This document shows positions 18,636 through 28,772 of a stretch of 64,000 nt of DNA, one piece after another (within the stretch, counting starts at the first letter, position 1; every line of letters starts with the position of its first letter). The DNA is taken from contig JAGVOW010000027.1 of the NCBI GenBank assembly GCA_020052515.1, positions 199 to 64,198 on the forward strand, in the 5' to 3' direction. The notes beneath the pieces were generated by a model, which made no database searches, was not told the DNA's origin, and was given only the letters and a program-made list of their open reading frames with translations. Both the position numbers and the translations under genes were made by a program. Source of the stretch: Brevinematales bacterium. GTDB lineage: Bacteria; Spirochaetota; Brevinematia; Brevinematales; JAOACQ01.

Positions 18636-20288
18636 CTACATCGGCAATTTAACAAAAAAAACCGTTCCGTTCTGCCCGCTCTCAAACCAGATTTTCCCAT
18701 TATGCTCCGAGACAATTCGCTCCGCTATAGCCAGCCCGATGCCGCTGCCGCTCTTTTTAGTCGTAAAATAAGGTTCAAATATTTTGTCCTGGATTTCATC
18801 TGGAATGCTAATCCCTTTGTCTGCGACGATAATCACAAAGCCATCTTCTTCGAGCCGGGTTGAAATTTTAACAAATTTTTCTTCTTCAGACGCTTCAATC
18901 GCGTTATTGACCAGATTAAAGATTACCTGCTTGAGCTGGTTTTCATCATAACGAAGTGTTCTTTCCGGACTCTCAAAATCCTTTTCAATTTCAAATTGAG
19001 GATAAGCATGCTGAAAAAAATCAGCTGTTTCGAGAATGGTTTTAATTATATTTTTATTTTCCAGCTTGAGTTCCGGCAATCGGGCAAACTTTGAAAATTC
19101 ATTGACCAAGTTTTCCAGCCTTTTGGTTTCGCTGATGATGGTATTGGCCGTCTTCTGAAGTATTTCACCAAATTCCTTCGGCTTCATTTCATAGGCGTAA
19201 AGCATCCTCTCAGCGGAGAGTTTAATAGGCGTTAATGGGTTTTTTACTTCATGGGCCAGCCTTTTTGCCATTTCCTGCCAGGCTTCCAGCCGCTCCATTC
19301 TTTTAATTTCCTGATAAGCCACTTTTAACTTTGATCCCATAGAATTAAAATGATACGCCAGATCGCCTATTTCATCATGCGTTTTTATTTTAACTTTATG
19401 GTCTAAATTCCCATCCGCTATAATCTTGGTGCCTTTTACAATCTCTTCTATCGGCTCTGTAACGTTTTTCGCGGCAAAAAGGCTTACATAAAAAACTCCC
19501 GCTAATATGGGAATCGCTAAAACAAAAATAGAAAGGAGTGAGACCGGAAAGATATAGGAGCGCAATTTCTTCAATCCGGATAAACTCTCAACGTTAGAAG
19601 AAAGATTATCCAGAGCCATTTTTAAATCTTCCTGGGGATATTCGCCAAAATAATACAACCCTTTTTTGACCACAGCAATACCAGGGATTCCTCCAATATA
19701 AAGAATTTCATTCTGCCTATTTGTCCTGGTAAAAAATCCCATAACATTGGTCTGATAATTAGTCAGCTCTGTAAAAAGCGATCTTTTAATAGGTTTTTGC
19801 GGATAGAGTTTTCTTTTCCAGATAGTAAAAGAGATCGGGAAACTGCCTGGCGAAGCTTCCAGGCGCAGCCTGAGCTTTTCTTCAAAATCAGCCTTACTCT
19901 TGTCCAGAAGCAATTGATACCCTTCCAGCAGATTGTCGGCAATCTTTCTTTCCCTTTCAATAAATGTACTTTCTATTAAAAAAATCAGGTAAAACATAAG
20001 AGCGCCAAAAATCACAATAAAACCAATAGTAGAAAAAAGGAAATAGGAAGTGATCTTACCTCTTAACTTGTAGCCGCGGACACCCTTTTTTTGAAAAAAG
20101 AGCACTCTGGAAAAATTATAAAGGAGCCACAAACCCAAAAAAGAAAAAACAAAAAACACGACCGGCACAAAGGTCTTTAAAGTCAAATTGGCCTGAACAG
20201 AGTCAAGCCAGCCGAAGATTGAAAAAGCTGAAAGAAAAGACAAAAAAAGAAAGGCCAGTAAAAAAACAATGTTCCATTTTTTATTCAT
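18636..20288 (-). CDS. ntrY: HAMP-domain sensor histidine kinase, NtrY-like
   Basis: TM helices, HAMP, AWQEMAKRLAHEVKNPLTPIKLSAER, N/G boxes. Confidence 0.8.
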   Translation of the reverse strand: MNKKWNIVFLLAFLFLSFLSAFSIFGWLDSVQANLTLKTFVPVVFFVFSFLGLWLLYNFSRVLFFQKKGVRGYKLRGKITSYFLFSTIGFIVIFGALMFYLIFLIESTFIERERKIADNLLEGYQLLLDKSKADFEEKLRLRLEASPGSFPISFTIWKRKLYPQKPIKRSLFTELTNYQTNVMGFFTRTNRQNEILYIGGIPGIAVVKKGLYYFGEYPQEDLKMALDNLSSNVESLSGLKKLRSYIFPVSLLSIFVLAIPILAGVFYVSLFAAKNVTEPIEEIVKGTKIIADGNLDHKVKIKTHDEIGDLAYHFNSMGSKLKVAYQEIKRMERLEAWQEMAKRLAHEVKNPLTPIKLSAERMLYAYEMKPKEFGEILQKTANTIISETKRLENLVNEFSKFARLPELKLENKNIIKTILETADFFQHAYPQFEIEKDFESPERTLRYDENQLKQVIFNLVNNAIEASEEEKFVKISTRLEEDGFVIIVADKGISIPDEIQDKIFEPYFTTKKSGSGIGLAIAERIVSEHNGKIWFESGQNGTVFFVKLPM

Positions 20289-20308
20289 TCAGGATACCAA
20301 TTACGAAG

Positions 20309-20578
20309 TTAGTCTTCGTCAAATTTTCTAACCTCCACCAACTCTCGAATGGCTTCCAGGGCCTGGTCTTCATCTTCACCATGGGCAACAATCTTTAAAA
20401 CAGTCCCCTTGCCAGCGGCTAATAAAAGCAAGTTCATAATACTTTTACAATTCACTTCATTTTCATCTTTTATAATTTTAATCTCACTATTAAACTGACT
20501 GGCTATATTGGCCATAAGAGAAGAGGGCCTCGCGTGAAGGCCATACTCATTTTTGACTGTCACTTTCATTTCTTTCAT
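20309..20578 (-). CDS. ptsH: Phosphocarrier protein HPr
   Basis: GLHARP and KSIM motifs. Confidence 0.95.
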   Translation of the reverse strand: MKEMKVTVKNEYGLHARPSSLMANIASQFNSEIKIIKDENEVNCKSIMNLLLLAAGKGTVLKIVAHGEDEDQALEAIRELVEVRKFDED

Positions 20579-20626
20579 TGAAATTCAAACCCCTAAATGT
20601 CACTCATTTTACATTATTTTATTAAT

Positions 20627-21622
20627 TTACACAACTTCTTTTTCTTTTTTCTGAATCAAGTCTTTAATTTTCTTGTCCAGGTCATCCGCCGCATTATACC
20701 CCAATCTTCTCATGATTTCCCGGTAAGCGGCCACTTCTACCAATAAAGGAATATTTCTTCCGGGACTCACCGGAATCTCTCTTTTAGGGACATCCACTCC
20801 CAGAACATTTTCATACATTTCATCTAAACCCAGCCGGTCATAATTGTAAGACTTATTCCACTCCTGGAGATCTATAATAAGAGAAAGCCTCTCGGATTTT
20901 AAGATTCTCTCTTCGCCAAAATACTGAGATAAATTAACAATGCCGATACCCCTGATTTCAATAAAAGGCCCCAGATTAACAGATGATTCGCCTTTCAGCT
21001 CAAAGCCGCCGGGCGTCCTGATTTTTTTTACTTTTACCATATCGTCGCAGATAAATTTATGCCCCCTTTCCAGAAGGCCCAAAACATTTTCACTTTTTCC
21101 AATGCCGCTTTTTCCGGTAATCAATACTCCAATGTTATAAATAGAAACAAAGTCCGCATGAAAAGTAACAAAAGGGGCGAAAACATCTGCCAGAATAGTC
21201 GACAACAAAGCTATTAATCTTTTTGTGGATTGTTTTGTCCTGAGAAAGGGAATACCAAACCGGTTGCTGAGGTCAATTACTTCTTTAGGTATTTCATAAT
21301 TATGAGTAGCGATGCAAACCGGCATATCGTACTGGAAAAATTTTTCAATATTGGCGGTGTTGCCATCTTTTATCAACTTTTCAAGGTAAGCAACCTCTCC
21401 TCTACCAAAAATCTGAATCCGGTCATAAGCAAAACAGTCGAAAAAACCTGCTAAAGATAAACCCGGACGGTTAATTTCTTCCCTGAGAATTTTTTTTAAA
21501 AAACCTTCCTGGCCGCTGACAACAGTCAAATCTAATATAGAGTTCTGCTCTTTATCAATTTTCAAAAGCTCCGAGACAGATATACCCGACAGCCTGGCAT
21601 TTTCTTCCATCATAAATTCCAT
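20627..21622 (-). CDS. hprK: HPr kinase/phosphorylase
   Basis: INRPGL.LAG, GKSGIGKSE, IEIRGIGI, YDRLG. Confidence 0.95.
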   Translation of the reverse strand: MEFMMEENARLSGISVSELLKIDKEQNSILDLTVVSGQEGFLKKILREEINRPGLSLAGFFDCFAYDRIQIFGRGEVAYLEKLIKDGNTANIEKFFQYDMPVCIATHNYEIPKEVIDLSNRFGIPFLRTKQSTKRLIALLSTILADVFAPFVTFHADFVSIYNIGVLITGKSGIGKSENVLGLLERGHKFICDDMVKVKKIRTPGGFELKGESSVNLGPFIEIRGIGIVNLSQYFGEERILKSERLSLIIDLQEWNKSYNYDRLGLDEMYENVLGVDVPKREIPVSPGRNIPLLVEVAAYREIMRRLGYNAADDLDKKIKDLIQKKEKEVV

Positions 21623-21916
21623 CTATCTATGATGGTCCTTTATTTTGTCTTTTTTCTTTTTAATTTCTTTCTCTACTTTGTCCGTTACCTGATCGAAAGA
21701 TTCCTGCCAGGAAGAAGCAGTTTCCTTAGCAAAAAAAATGTCATGACTTGCGGCCACTTTTACTTCCGACATATACCGGCCCCTCTGCAATCTTAAGATA
21801 ACATTGATATTCATAATCTGGCTATAATAAAATTTGAATTTCTGCAGTCTTTTCTCTAAATAATCTTTCATTTCATCTGTAATTTCGGTTCCTTTTTCCG
21901 TGTAGGTAACAACCAT
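21623..21916 (-). CDS. hpf: Ribosome hibernation promoting factor (HPF/RaiA)
   Basis: EITDEMKDYLEKRL; position before hprK; GGAGG RBS before MVVTY. Confidence 0.75.
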   Translation of the reverse strand: MVVTYTEKGTEITDEMKDYLEKRLQKFKFYYSQIMNINVILRLQRGRYMSEVKVAASHDIFFAKETASSWQESFDQVTDKVEKEIKKKKDKIKDHHR

Positions 21917-21932
21917 ATTGTCCTCCAATCTA

Positions 21933-22736
21933 TCATTTCTCCACAAAACCTTCTTTTATTTTTGAGAGTTTTCCGCGTAAAATCATAATTGCCTTTGTGT
22001 GAAGCTGAGAAACCCTGGATTCTGTGACATTGAGAATAGTCCCTATTTCCTTTAATGTAAGGCCTTCATAATAATACAAAATCAATACCTGTTTTTCCCT
22101 TTCCGGAAGATCCATTAAAGTTTTAGCGATCATTTTTTTGATTTCTTCTTTTTCGGCCGCCACATCCGGATTGTAAGTATCTGAACTTTCCAGAGTGTCC
22201 TCTATCGACATAGGCGCATTATCGCTTCCATCATTTAAATACCAATTTTCATCCATAGAAACCAGAGAGTTTCCGCTGACTCGAAGCAATAGATTATGGA
22301 ATTCCGTTACGCTTACACCCATAGCTTCAGCTATTTCTTCGTCTGTAGCAGAACGGCCCAGCCTTGCTTCCAAACTGGCAATCGTTCTTTCAATTTCTTT
22401 AGCTTTTTGGCGGACAGACCGGGGAAGCCAGTCAATAGCCCGAAGCTGGTCAAAAATAGAACCCCTGATTCTAGTCACAGCGTACGTTTTAAACTTGATT
22501 TCCCTTTTCGGATCAAACTTGTCAATGGCGTCTATTAAACCCAGAATGCCATAACTGACCAGGTCAAAAAACTCAACCGAACTGGGCACATTCATGGCAA
22601 CTCTTCCTGCCACATATTTCACCAGAGGAGCGTATTTTTCAATAAAATAATTGCGGATTTTTTGGTCATGATCTTCCGCGTATTTCCCCCAGAGTTCTTC
22701 TTCGGTTATCTTATCGAACTCCTCATAACCTCTCAT
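21933..22736 (-). CDS. fliA: RNA polymerase sigma factor FliA/WhiG (sigma28)
   Basis: DLVSYG.LGLIDAIDKFD, DWLPRSVR, LNVTESRVSQLH. Confidence 0.93.
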   Translation of the reverse strand: MRGYEEFDKITEEELWGKYAEDHDQKIRNYFIEKYAPLVKYVAGRVAMNVPSSVEFFDLVSYGILGLIDAIDKFDPKREIKFKTYAVTRIRGSIFDQLRAIDWLPRSVRQKAKEIERTIASLEARLGRSATDEEIAEAMGVSVTEFHNLLLRVSGNSLVSMDENWYLNDGSDNAPMSIEDTLESSDTYNPDVAAEKEEIKKMIAKTLMDLPEREKQVLILYYYEGLTLKEIGTILNVTESRVSQLHTKAIMILRGKLSKIKEGFVEK

Positions 22737-22836
22737 ACTTGCTCTCCCCAAGCTTTATCCTGTCCAATTACAAATTATAAGATATTATTTTATTTTACAC
22801 AATATTATGAAAAAAAAATTTGATTTCTGGGCCTTT

Positions 22837-23916
22837 TCAACCCATAATCCACAAAATTACGGCAAAAGCGATAAATAAAAGCAAAATAATGATAAAAACA
22901 ACCAGGCTAAAACTCTTTTTATCACTTTCATTGTCTAACGAATCTGCTTGCCGATCTTCTTTAGCCTTTATTTCCGGCTCGGATGAAACGAAATTTATCT
23001 TTTCCTGTGCCGCTTTTTCAGTTTCTCTGACTTGAACACGTACCCTCCCGCCGATAATAAATTTCCCGTAGATTCCCGGCCCGAATTCAATAAAAACCAA
23101 TGTATTTTCAGTATCTTTTGACTTCTTTGTATAGACTACTTTTCCATGTAACGATCCTGTTGAGCTATAGGAAGGTTCTATAAAATTCAAAATTTCAGCC
23201 GCGATTTCCCTTGAATCAACAACTTTGACCAGGACTTCATCGCTGCTCTGGATTTTTTCTATGTCTTTCCCGCCTAATGGCGCTAATACAGGATTAACTT
23301 TTATGCTCAGCAATACGATCAAATCACTATTATTTTGTGCCTTAAGACGACTACCCAACCGCGCTTCAGTTAGAAAATTCTTCAGACGGAAAATATCAAT
23401 ATTTTCATTACTTAATTTTAATATCAGGGAGCTATCTCCAATAATTTTCCCGATTTCACTGATCAAAAATCGTTTCAAATTTACCGAGTCAATCGTACTC
23501 TTATCTACAAAAAAGCTGGAAAAATAATCGCTCGTTTCCGGAAAAAGAATTTGATTTTCAATCTTGAGCGAAATCTCTTTTTCCAGATTCGCTGAATTCT
23601 TGTACTGACTTATTTCTTGATGAACGTTCAACCAGCTTTCTTCGATGACTACCTTAGAAAGGTTTTCATCTCTGGAAACCGCGACAATTATATATTCTAA
23701 GGAGCTGGTCTGGAAATTATAAAAAAACAAACCTACCCCATAAAACTTTTTCTTACTGGAAATAAACTTTAGTTTGATCGTACAAGCGTCTTTCTCTGCT
23801 GCTTCAATGATGCGAATAGCCATTTCCAGGTCTCCTTTGACAAAAAGAACCAGCTTTTCCGCAAAATCCTTCGGCAAACCATAATTATTCACCAGGATAT
23901 CCGCTTGTAAAACCAT
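22837..23916 (-). CDS. Hypothetical protein with C-terminal TM anchor
   Basis: 359-aa ORF in the operon upstream of fliA. Confidence 0.7.
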   Translation of the reverse strand: MVLQADILVNNYGLPKDFAEKLVLFVKGDLEMAIRIIEAAEKDACTIKLKFISSKKKFYGVGLFFYNFQTSSLEYIIVAVSRDENLSKVVIEESWLNVHQEISQYKNSANLEKEISLKIENQILFPETSDYFSSFFVDKSTIDSVNLKRFLISEIGKIIGDSSLILKLSNENIDIFRLKNFLTEARLGSRLKAQNNSDLIVLLSIKVNPVLAPLGGKDIEKIQSSDEVLVKVVDSREIAAEILNFIEPSYSSTGSLHGKVVYTKKSKDTENTLVFIEFGPGIYGKFIIGGRVRVQVRETEKAAQEKINFVSSEPEIKAKEDRQADSLDNESDKKSFSLVVFIIILLLFIAFAVILWIMG

Positions 23917-23932
23917 GTTTTAACCTCTTTAC

Positions 23933-24613
23933 TTATTGATCCTTATTAAGAATAGATTTAATCGCTTTGGCAATGATTTTCGACTCCGTAGTAATCATTT
24001 TATTTCCCGACCTAAAACGAACAGTGCCTTTTAACGCGGTTTCGCTTGAAATTTTCTTTTTTCTCGCTTCTTCTGCTTTCTTTGCCTCTTCTAAACGATC
24101 CAGCTCATCTTTTGAGTCCAATTCTTTTTCATCATTAAAATCGTTTTGTACGGGAGAAATCTTCGGGGAAAGGCTAAAATTTTCTTCTTTAAAATTCCCG
24201 TTTTCCTTTTCAACAGGCACTTTTGGTGCTTCTTCTCTTTTCGGTTTTACTGTCTCATAATCCGCTTTCTTTTCATCCTTTTTCTGGTAAATACTTTCGT
24301 AAGAAATATCCGGGGAAGAATCTTGTTCTTCTAACACACCAGCTTGTAAAATCTGGCTTTCCAGGGAAAGAGCTTCTCTTTTTACTTGAAGCAAGTTTGC
24401 ATAATCTTCTTCCGACAGAGAACGCTTCAAAAAAACATCAAGCCCCCAACCAAGCGCGCCCATCAGGAAAGCGCTCAATGCGCCTCTGATTAAGATGAGA
24501 ACAGGGGGATTTCTAGAAACGATCCCCAGCAACGCAGAAAAGGCAAGGCCAAATAGGGCGAAGTAAATAATTATTTTACTTTTTAACAAGTTTTCCATAA
24601 AATATCCATTCAT
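23933..24613 (-). CDS. Hypothetical membrane protein (2 TM plus charged tail)
   Basis: 226-aa ORF ending AKAIKSIL. Confidence 0.7.
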   Translation of the reverse strand: MNGYFMENLLKSKIIIYFALFGLAFSALLGIVSRNPPVLILIRGALSAFLMGALGWGLDVFLKRSLSEEDYANLLQVKREALSLESQILQAGVLEEQDSSPDISYESIYQKKDEKKADYETVKPKREEAPKVPVEKENGNFKEENFSLSPKISPVQNDFNDEKELDSKDELDRLEEAKKAEEARKKKISSETALKGTVRFRSGNKMITTESKIIAKAIKSILNKDQ

Positions 24614-24810
24614 CCAAGAAGATTATTGAAGCTTCTTTGATAAGCAGTTCTAAAAACTGCCTTTATTTTTACTCTATAATTATATGCCATGAAAAGAAAA
24701 AGTCAATGGAAAGGGTTATTAATTTCCGTTTTTAAACGGCTTAGAATTTAACTCCTCCTTTTCAAAGGGGGGCCGCAGGGGGGAATTCATGAAGAAGGTT
24801 GTAAATTTTT

Positions 24811-25746
24811 ATGGGACTTAAACATACTTTATTCATAATTGTTCTTATTCTGCTGATTGTCCTTCATTTCACAATTGGTTTTGGTTATCCTATTCCAGAA
24901 ACCATTTTTTTTATACGGCTCAATATCCTTCTTCAGGAAGTCTTAATCGCTTGCATTTTAGCAATGGGGGGGATGATTCTTCAAACACTTTTGATCAATC
25001 CGCTGGCAGAGCCTTATCTTCTCGGCATTTCCGGAGCAGCCTCATTCACATCGGTCTTAGCCGCTTTTTTTATGTTCTCGCCTATGCTTTTGTTTCGCAC
25101 CTCTTTCTCAGTAATCGGGGCAATCCTTCTGTTTTTATTGATTTTTACTATGAGCAAAAGAAAATTTGGTTTTTCAATTGGGTCAGCAGTTCTTTTCGGC
25201 ATTGCTTTCAACGCTTTTTTTTCCAGCTCCATCATGGTATTTCAGAACCTTTTGATGCCGAATCAGTTCAGCGCTTCTGTACGCTGGATTATGGGCAGTA
25301 TCGACAGTACGGCTGATTATGAGATCCTGCTCCTGGTTCTGGCGCTAACGCTTGAATTGACTTACTTTTTACGTTTTCGCAAAGAACTGGACATTTACCT
25401 TTCGGGAGAAGAAATGGCACTGGCTGTGGGAATCGAAACGGAAAGATTAAAGATTTTGGGGTTTGCGGCGGTCTGCCTCGCGACTGGAATAGCAGTCAGC
25501 GTCTGCGGAATGATTGGCTTTGTGGGTTTGATTGTGCCGCATCTGGCAAAGATGATTTTCAGGAAAAACTCCCGTTTTTCATGGCTATGGCTTTTTGTCA
25601 CCAGCTCTATTCTTATGATTGGCGCGGGAATTATTTCAAAAAATCTGGTCCCCGGAGCAATATTCCCTATAGGAGTGGTGACTTCTTTGATTGGAGCGCC
25701 TTTTTTTGCCCTGATTCTTTTCCGGCAGGGAAAAAGAATCGGCTAA
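24811..25746 (+). CDS. FecCD/BtuC-family ABC permease
   Basis: NPLAEPYLLGISGAA, GEEMA.A.G, GMIGFVGLIVPH, PIGVVTSLIGAPFF. Confidence 0.9.
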   Translation: MGLKHTLFIIVLILLIVLHFTIGFGYPIPETIFFIRLNILLQEVLIACILAMGGMILQTLLINPLAEPYLLGISGAASFTSVLAAFFMFSPMLLFRTSFSVIGAILLFLLIFTMSKRKFGFSIGSAVLFGIAFNAFFSSSIMVFQNLLMPNQFSASVRWIMGSIDSTADYEILLLVLALTLELTYFLRFRKELDIYLSGEEMALAVGIETERLKILGFAAVCLATGIAVSVCGMIGFVGLIVPHLAKMIFRKNSRFSWLWLFVTSSILMIGAGIISKNLVPGAIFPIGVVTSLIGAPFFALILFRQGKRIG

Positions 25747-28700
25747 TCTTTCCGGTATCTTTCGATTAATCTTTTATAGTATTCCAGAATATTTTTGTAT
25801 TTTATGCTTTCCAGATTTATTTTTTCTAACGCCTGTTCCTGATTCTCTTCTGGAGCCTTTATTTCGTATTCTTTAGCCTTTTCCGCTTTCCTTTTTTCAC
25901 TTACCCCTTTAGATTGAATAGATTTTTGCGCGTTTAGAAATTTTTCCTCTAATTTTTTACTTTTTACCAGAGTATCTGGCTTAACTGAATAGCTTTGAAG
26001 ATCCTTTAATAGTTCGCCTATGCTTCTCGATATTTCTTCCCCTCCCTCAAGGGCAGAGCCGCTGTTTTTTGATAATAATTCTTTCAATGCCTTTTGAATC
26101 TCTGATTGAAGCCCGGAAAGTTCTTCCATTTTTTTTCTCATTTCTGGTGATAGCTTGCCTTCTTCTCCCATTTTTCGGAGAAGCTCTTCCAATCCTCCGG
26201 TAACAGCCGATTGGAGTTTCAATAAATCAGAAAGGTTCATTCCAGCCGATTGCTTTTCGCCACCGGAAGAATTTTGCTTTTGAGCAGCCTCTCCTGCTGC
26301 CTGATCAACTTTTAAAAGATAGAGAAATAAAAGTGATAATGATCCCTGTATTTCACGAAGGGAGACGTTTAATTCCGGCAGTTTATTGTCTCTCAAAAAA
26401 TCCTGTGCCGTGATAAATTCAGTGTCTATATTATTCAGGATCGATTGTATTTCATCTCCAGTATTTCCAACAAAGAGTAGATTTTCCAGAGCTTTTTCTA
26501 CTTGAATTTTGATCATTTTAGTAGAAACGGAAGAGGAATTTACTATTTCTGTTAAATTGATCGGGTTTTCTTCAAAAGCCTGATCCAGAAAGAGAGCGTT
26601 TAAGTAGAGTTCTTCGAATATCTTCTGAAACTTTTCTTTTCTTTCCTTTTCTCTTTTTTCTTCTGTGTCCTGTATTTCATCCTGCACCGCTTTTTCTAGT
26701 TGTTCCATAACCGTATCGGATGGCTCAAAACTTTTCCAGTCCGCCATTTTGAATCTTTTTGATTCTTCCTGCAAAGTTTTGGCTAAACCACGGATTGGCT
26801 CCGTCTGCTTTTCCATAAACCGCGCCGCCTCGTTTTGAAAAGAATCTGAAAACCGGTCAAAATTCTGCTTCTGGGTTTGATTCTTCAAACCTTCATAAAC
26901 GTTCTTCAAAATTTTGAAACGGTTAATCAAGTCGGCGCTTTTTTTATAATGTTCCAGGTTTTTTAGAAAAGATTCCATAAGTTTCAAGATGTCCCCTGTT
27001 TTCAAAGACTGGAACTTTTTCGACAGATCCGGTCCTGAAGTATTCTGCATCATTTTTGCGAGCTGGGAAATAAGTCCCTGTTTATCTTTTAATTCCTCTA
27101 CTATTTTTTTCATCCGCTCCAGATTGTCCTGTATTTCCGAAATCCCTGAAAAGGAGTAACTCTTTTCCAGCGCTGAAACGGATTGGTCTAAATCACTTAT
27201 ATTTTTTTGAAGTTCACTCTTCTCCTGTGTCGTAGCGGCTAAATCCCGATCCTGTAAATCTCTTGAGAGTTTTTGGTAATGATTGGAAATAGCCTGAATA
27301 GTTTTCCGGATTTTTTGCTCTTCCTGGCTCCTTTCTCTTTGAATATCTAAAAAGTCAGGAGAAATAATATTAAATCCAATCATTCCAGATTTTTTTCCAA
27401 AAACATCCACCGCCTGGAAAATAATGCTGGCTGTCTCGTTAGGCAGGACATCCAGTTCTTGGTAAGAAAATATAATTTTTTTATCCAATATTTTAAAATC
27501 CCCTCCATCTAATTCTTTGTCTATTTGAATACTATCTTTACGAAAAAGAGGTTGTCTATTCGAAATAGTAATATGAAATAGAATTTTTCGGACCCCCTGG
27601 TCATCTTCCGCTACAATTTGAGAAAGAATATTCCACCGGTAATAATTTAACACTACATCCTTAGCCGGAAAAATCAGCTTGATAGCAGGAGCCTGATTTT
27701 GATTAACCTGCACAAAAAAATTCGGAAAGTCATAGGAGTCTTTATCTTTCGAAAGCGCATAAATATTAATTCTCTCGCTGGAAGCTGGAGTTAAGAATAT
27801 CTTGAAATGATTGTTATCAATAACGCTTTTCCATTTTGATTTTGTCAAAACTGAAATGCTGGACAAACTTTTTGTCATCTGGCACAGTATTTCTATTTTT
27901 GCTCCTTCCCAGGCCTCAATATCCTGAAGGCCGGAATACTCTTCCATTGAAAGTTTTGTTTCAGCCGGATAAATTACTTTCAAAGCAACTTGATCCGGAA
28001 AAAGTTTTTTGACCGCGTTCAATGTCTTCTTTAAGACAATCCGATCCATTCCATATTTCTGAATAATCACTGATACATCCAATTTTTTCGCGGCCGTAAA
28101 GTTTTCTCCGATTTCAAATATAAGATTAGAACTCTCTAGAATAGTGTTTGAGGCCTGCAAAAACAAATGGTCAAAAGAGTTTTTTTCCTCCGATAAATCA
28201 AGCCGCAAAGGCTTTGACTCTACATAATAATCAGGCAAAGAAAATGAATTTTGACTGCTGAGAAAAAAGCGAATATCTTTCATCTTTTTCAAGAGGGTTG
28301 AAGATATTGTAAACCAGAGCACAGCGCATAAAAACAGCATTATTCCAGCTAAAATCAGGTGAAAAGTAAAATTTTTTAACTGCTTATGCTTCCAATTCTT
28401 GAATTGAGGTAAAGAAACAACTTCCTCTTCCATCTTAGACAGGGTGTCCGGATCTTTGTTTTTTTCTTCCAGCTCGTAGAGTGAATCCAGAAAAAGCCTT
28501 CTTTTTTCAAACAGTTCTAACTCAATATTTTTCCAGAAATCTCTATGATTTTTCCTCCAGCGGAGAGAAATAAAAACAATGGAAAAAAGAAAAAGCCCCC
28601 CCGTCAAGCAAGAAAGCGCGATAAAAATCGGGATGGGGTAAACCAACAAAAATAAAATCAGCAAAAGAAAAAGAAAAGCGGCAAAAAACAAAAAAATAGT

Positions 28701-28757
28701 AACGCCGAATCGGAAGTGAAAAATGCGATAAAATTTATTGAATGAATCATGAAGCAT
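25743..28757 (-). CDS. Large membrane-anchored coiled-coil protein (DUF4175-like)
   Basis: N-terminal TMs, AEDDQGV motif, long coiled coil, EYYKRLIERY end. Confidence 0.65.
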   Translation of the reverse strand: MLHDSFNKFYRIFHFRFGVTIFLFFAAFLFLLLILFLLVYPIPIFIALSCLTGGLFLFSIVFISLRWRKNHRDFWKNIELELFEKRRLFLDSLYELEEKNKDPDTLSKMEEEVVSLPQFKNWKHKQLKNFTFHLILAGIMLFLCAVLWFTISSTLLKKMKDIRFFLSSQNSFSLPDYYVESKPLRLDLSEEKNSFDHLFLQASNTILESSNLIFEIGENFTAAKKLDVSVIIQKYGMDRIVLKKTLNAVKKLFPDQVALKVIYPAETKLSMEEYSGLQDIEAWEGAKIEILCQMTKSLSSISVLTKSKWKSVIDNNHFKIFLTPASSERINIYALSKDKDSYDFPNFFVQVNQNQAPAIKLIFPAKDVVLNYYRWNILSQIVAEDDQGVRKILFHITISNRQPLFRKDSIQIDKELDGGDFKILDKKIIFSYQELDVLPNETASIIFQAVDVFGKKSGMIGFNIISPDFLDIQRERSQEEQKIRKTIQAISNHYQKLSRDLQDRDLAATTQEKSELQKNISDLDQSVSALEKSYSFSGISEIQDNLERMKKIVEELKDKQGLISQLAKMMQNTSGPDLSKKFQSLKTGDILKLMESFLKNLEHYKKSADLINRFKILKNVYEGLKNQTQKQNFDRFSDSFQNEAARFMEKQTEPIRGLAKTLQEESKRFKMADWKSFEPSDTVMEQLEKAVQDEIQDTEEKREKERKEKFQKIFEELYLNALFLDQAFEENPINLTEIVNSSSVSTKMIKIQVEKALENLLFVGNTGDEIQSILNNIDTEFITAQDFLRDNKLPELNVSLREIQGSLSLLFLYLLKVDQAAGEAAQKQNSSGGEKQSAGMNLSDLLKLQSAVTGGLEELLRKMGEEGKLSPEMRKKMEELSGLQSEIQKALKELLSKNSGSALEGGEEISRSIGELLKDLQSYSVKPDTLVKSKKLEEKFLNAQKSIQSKGVSEKRKAEKAKEYEIKAPEENQEQALEKINLESIKYKNILEYYKRLIERYRKD

Positions 28758-28772
28758 TTTTTATCCCTTCAC

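Noticed and set aside
24614-24810. Cobalamin riboswitch upstream of the BtuC/BtuF-like genes
   Set aside because: No recognisable B12-box elements by eye; only a REP-like hairpin.
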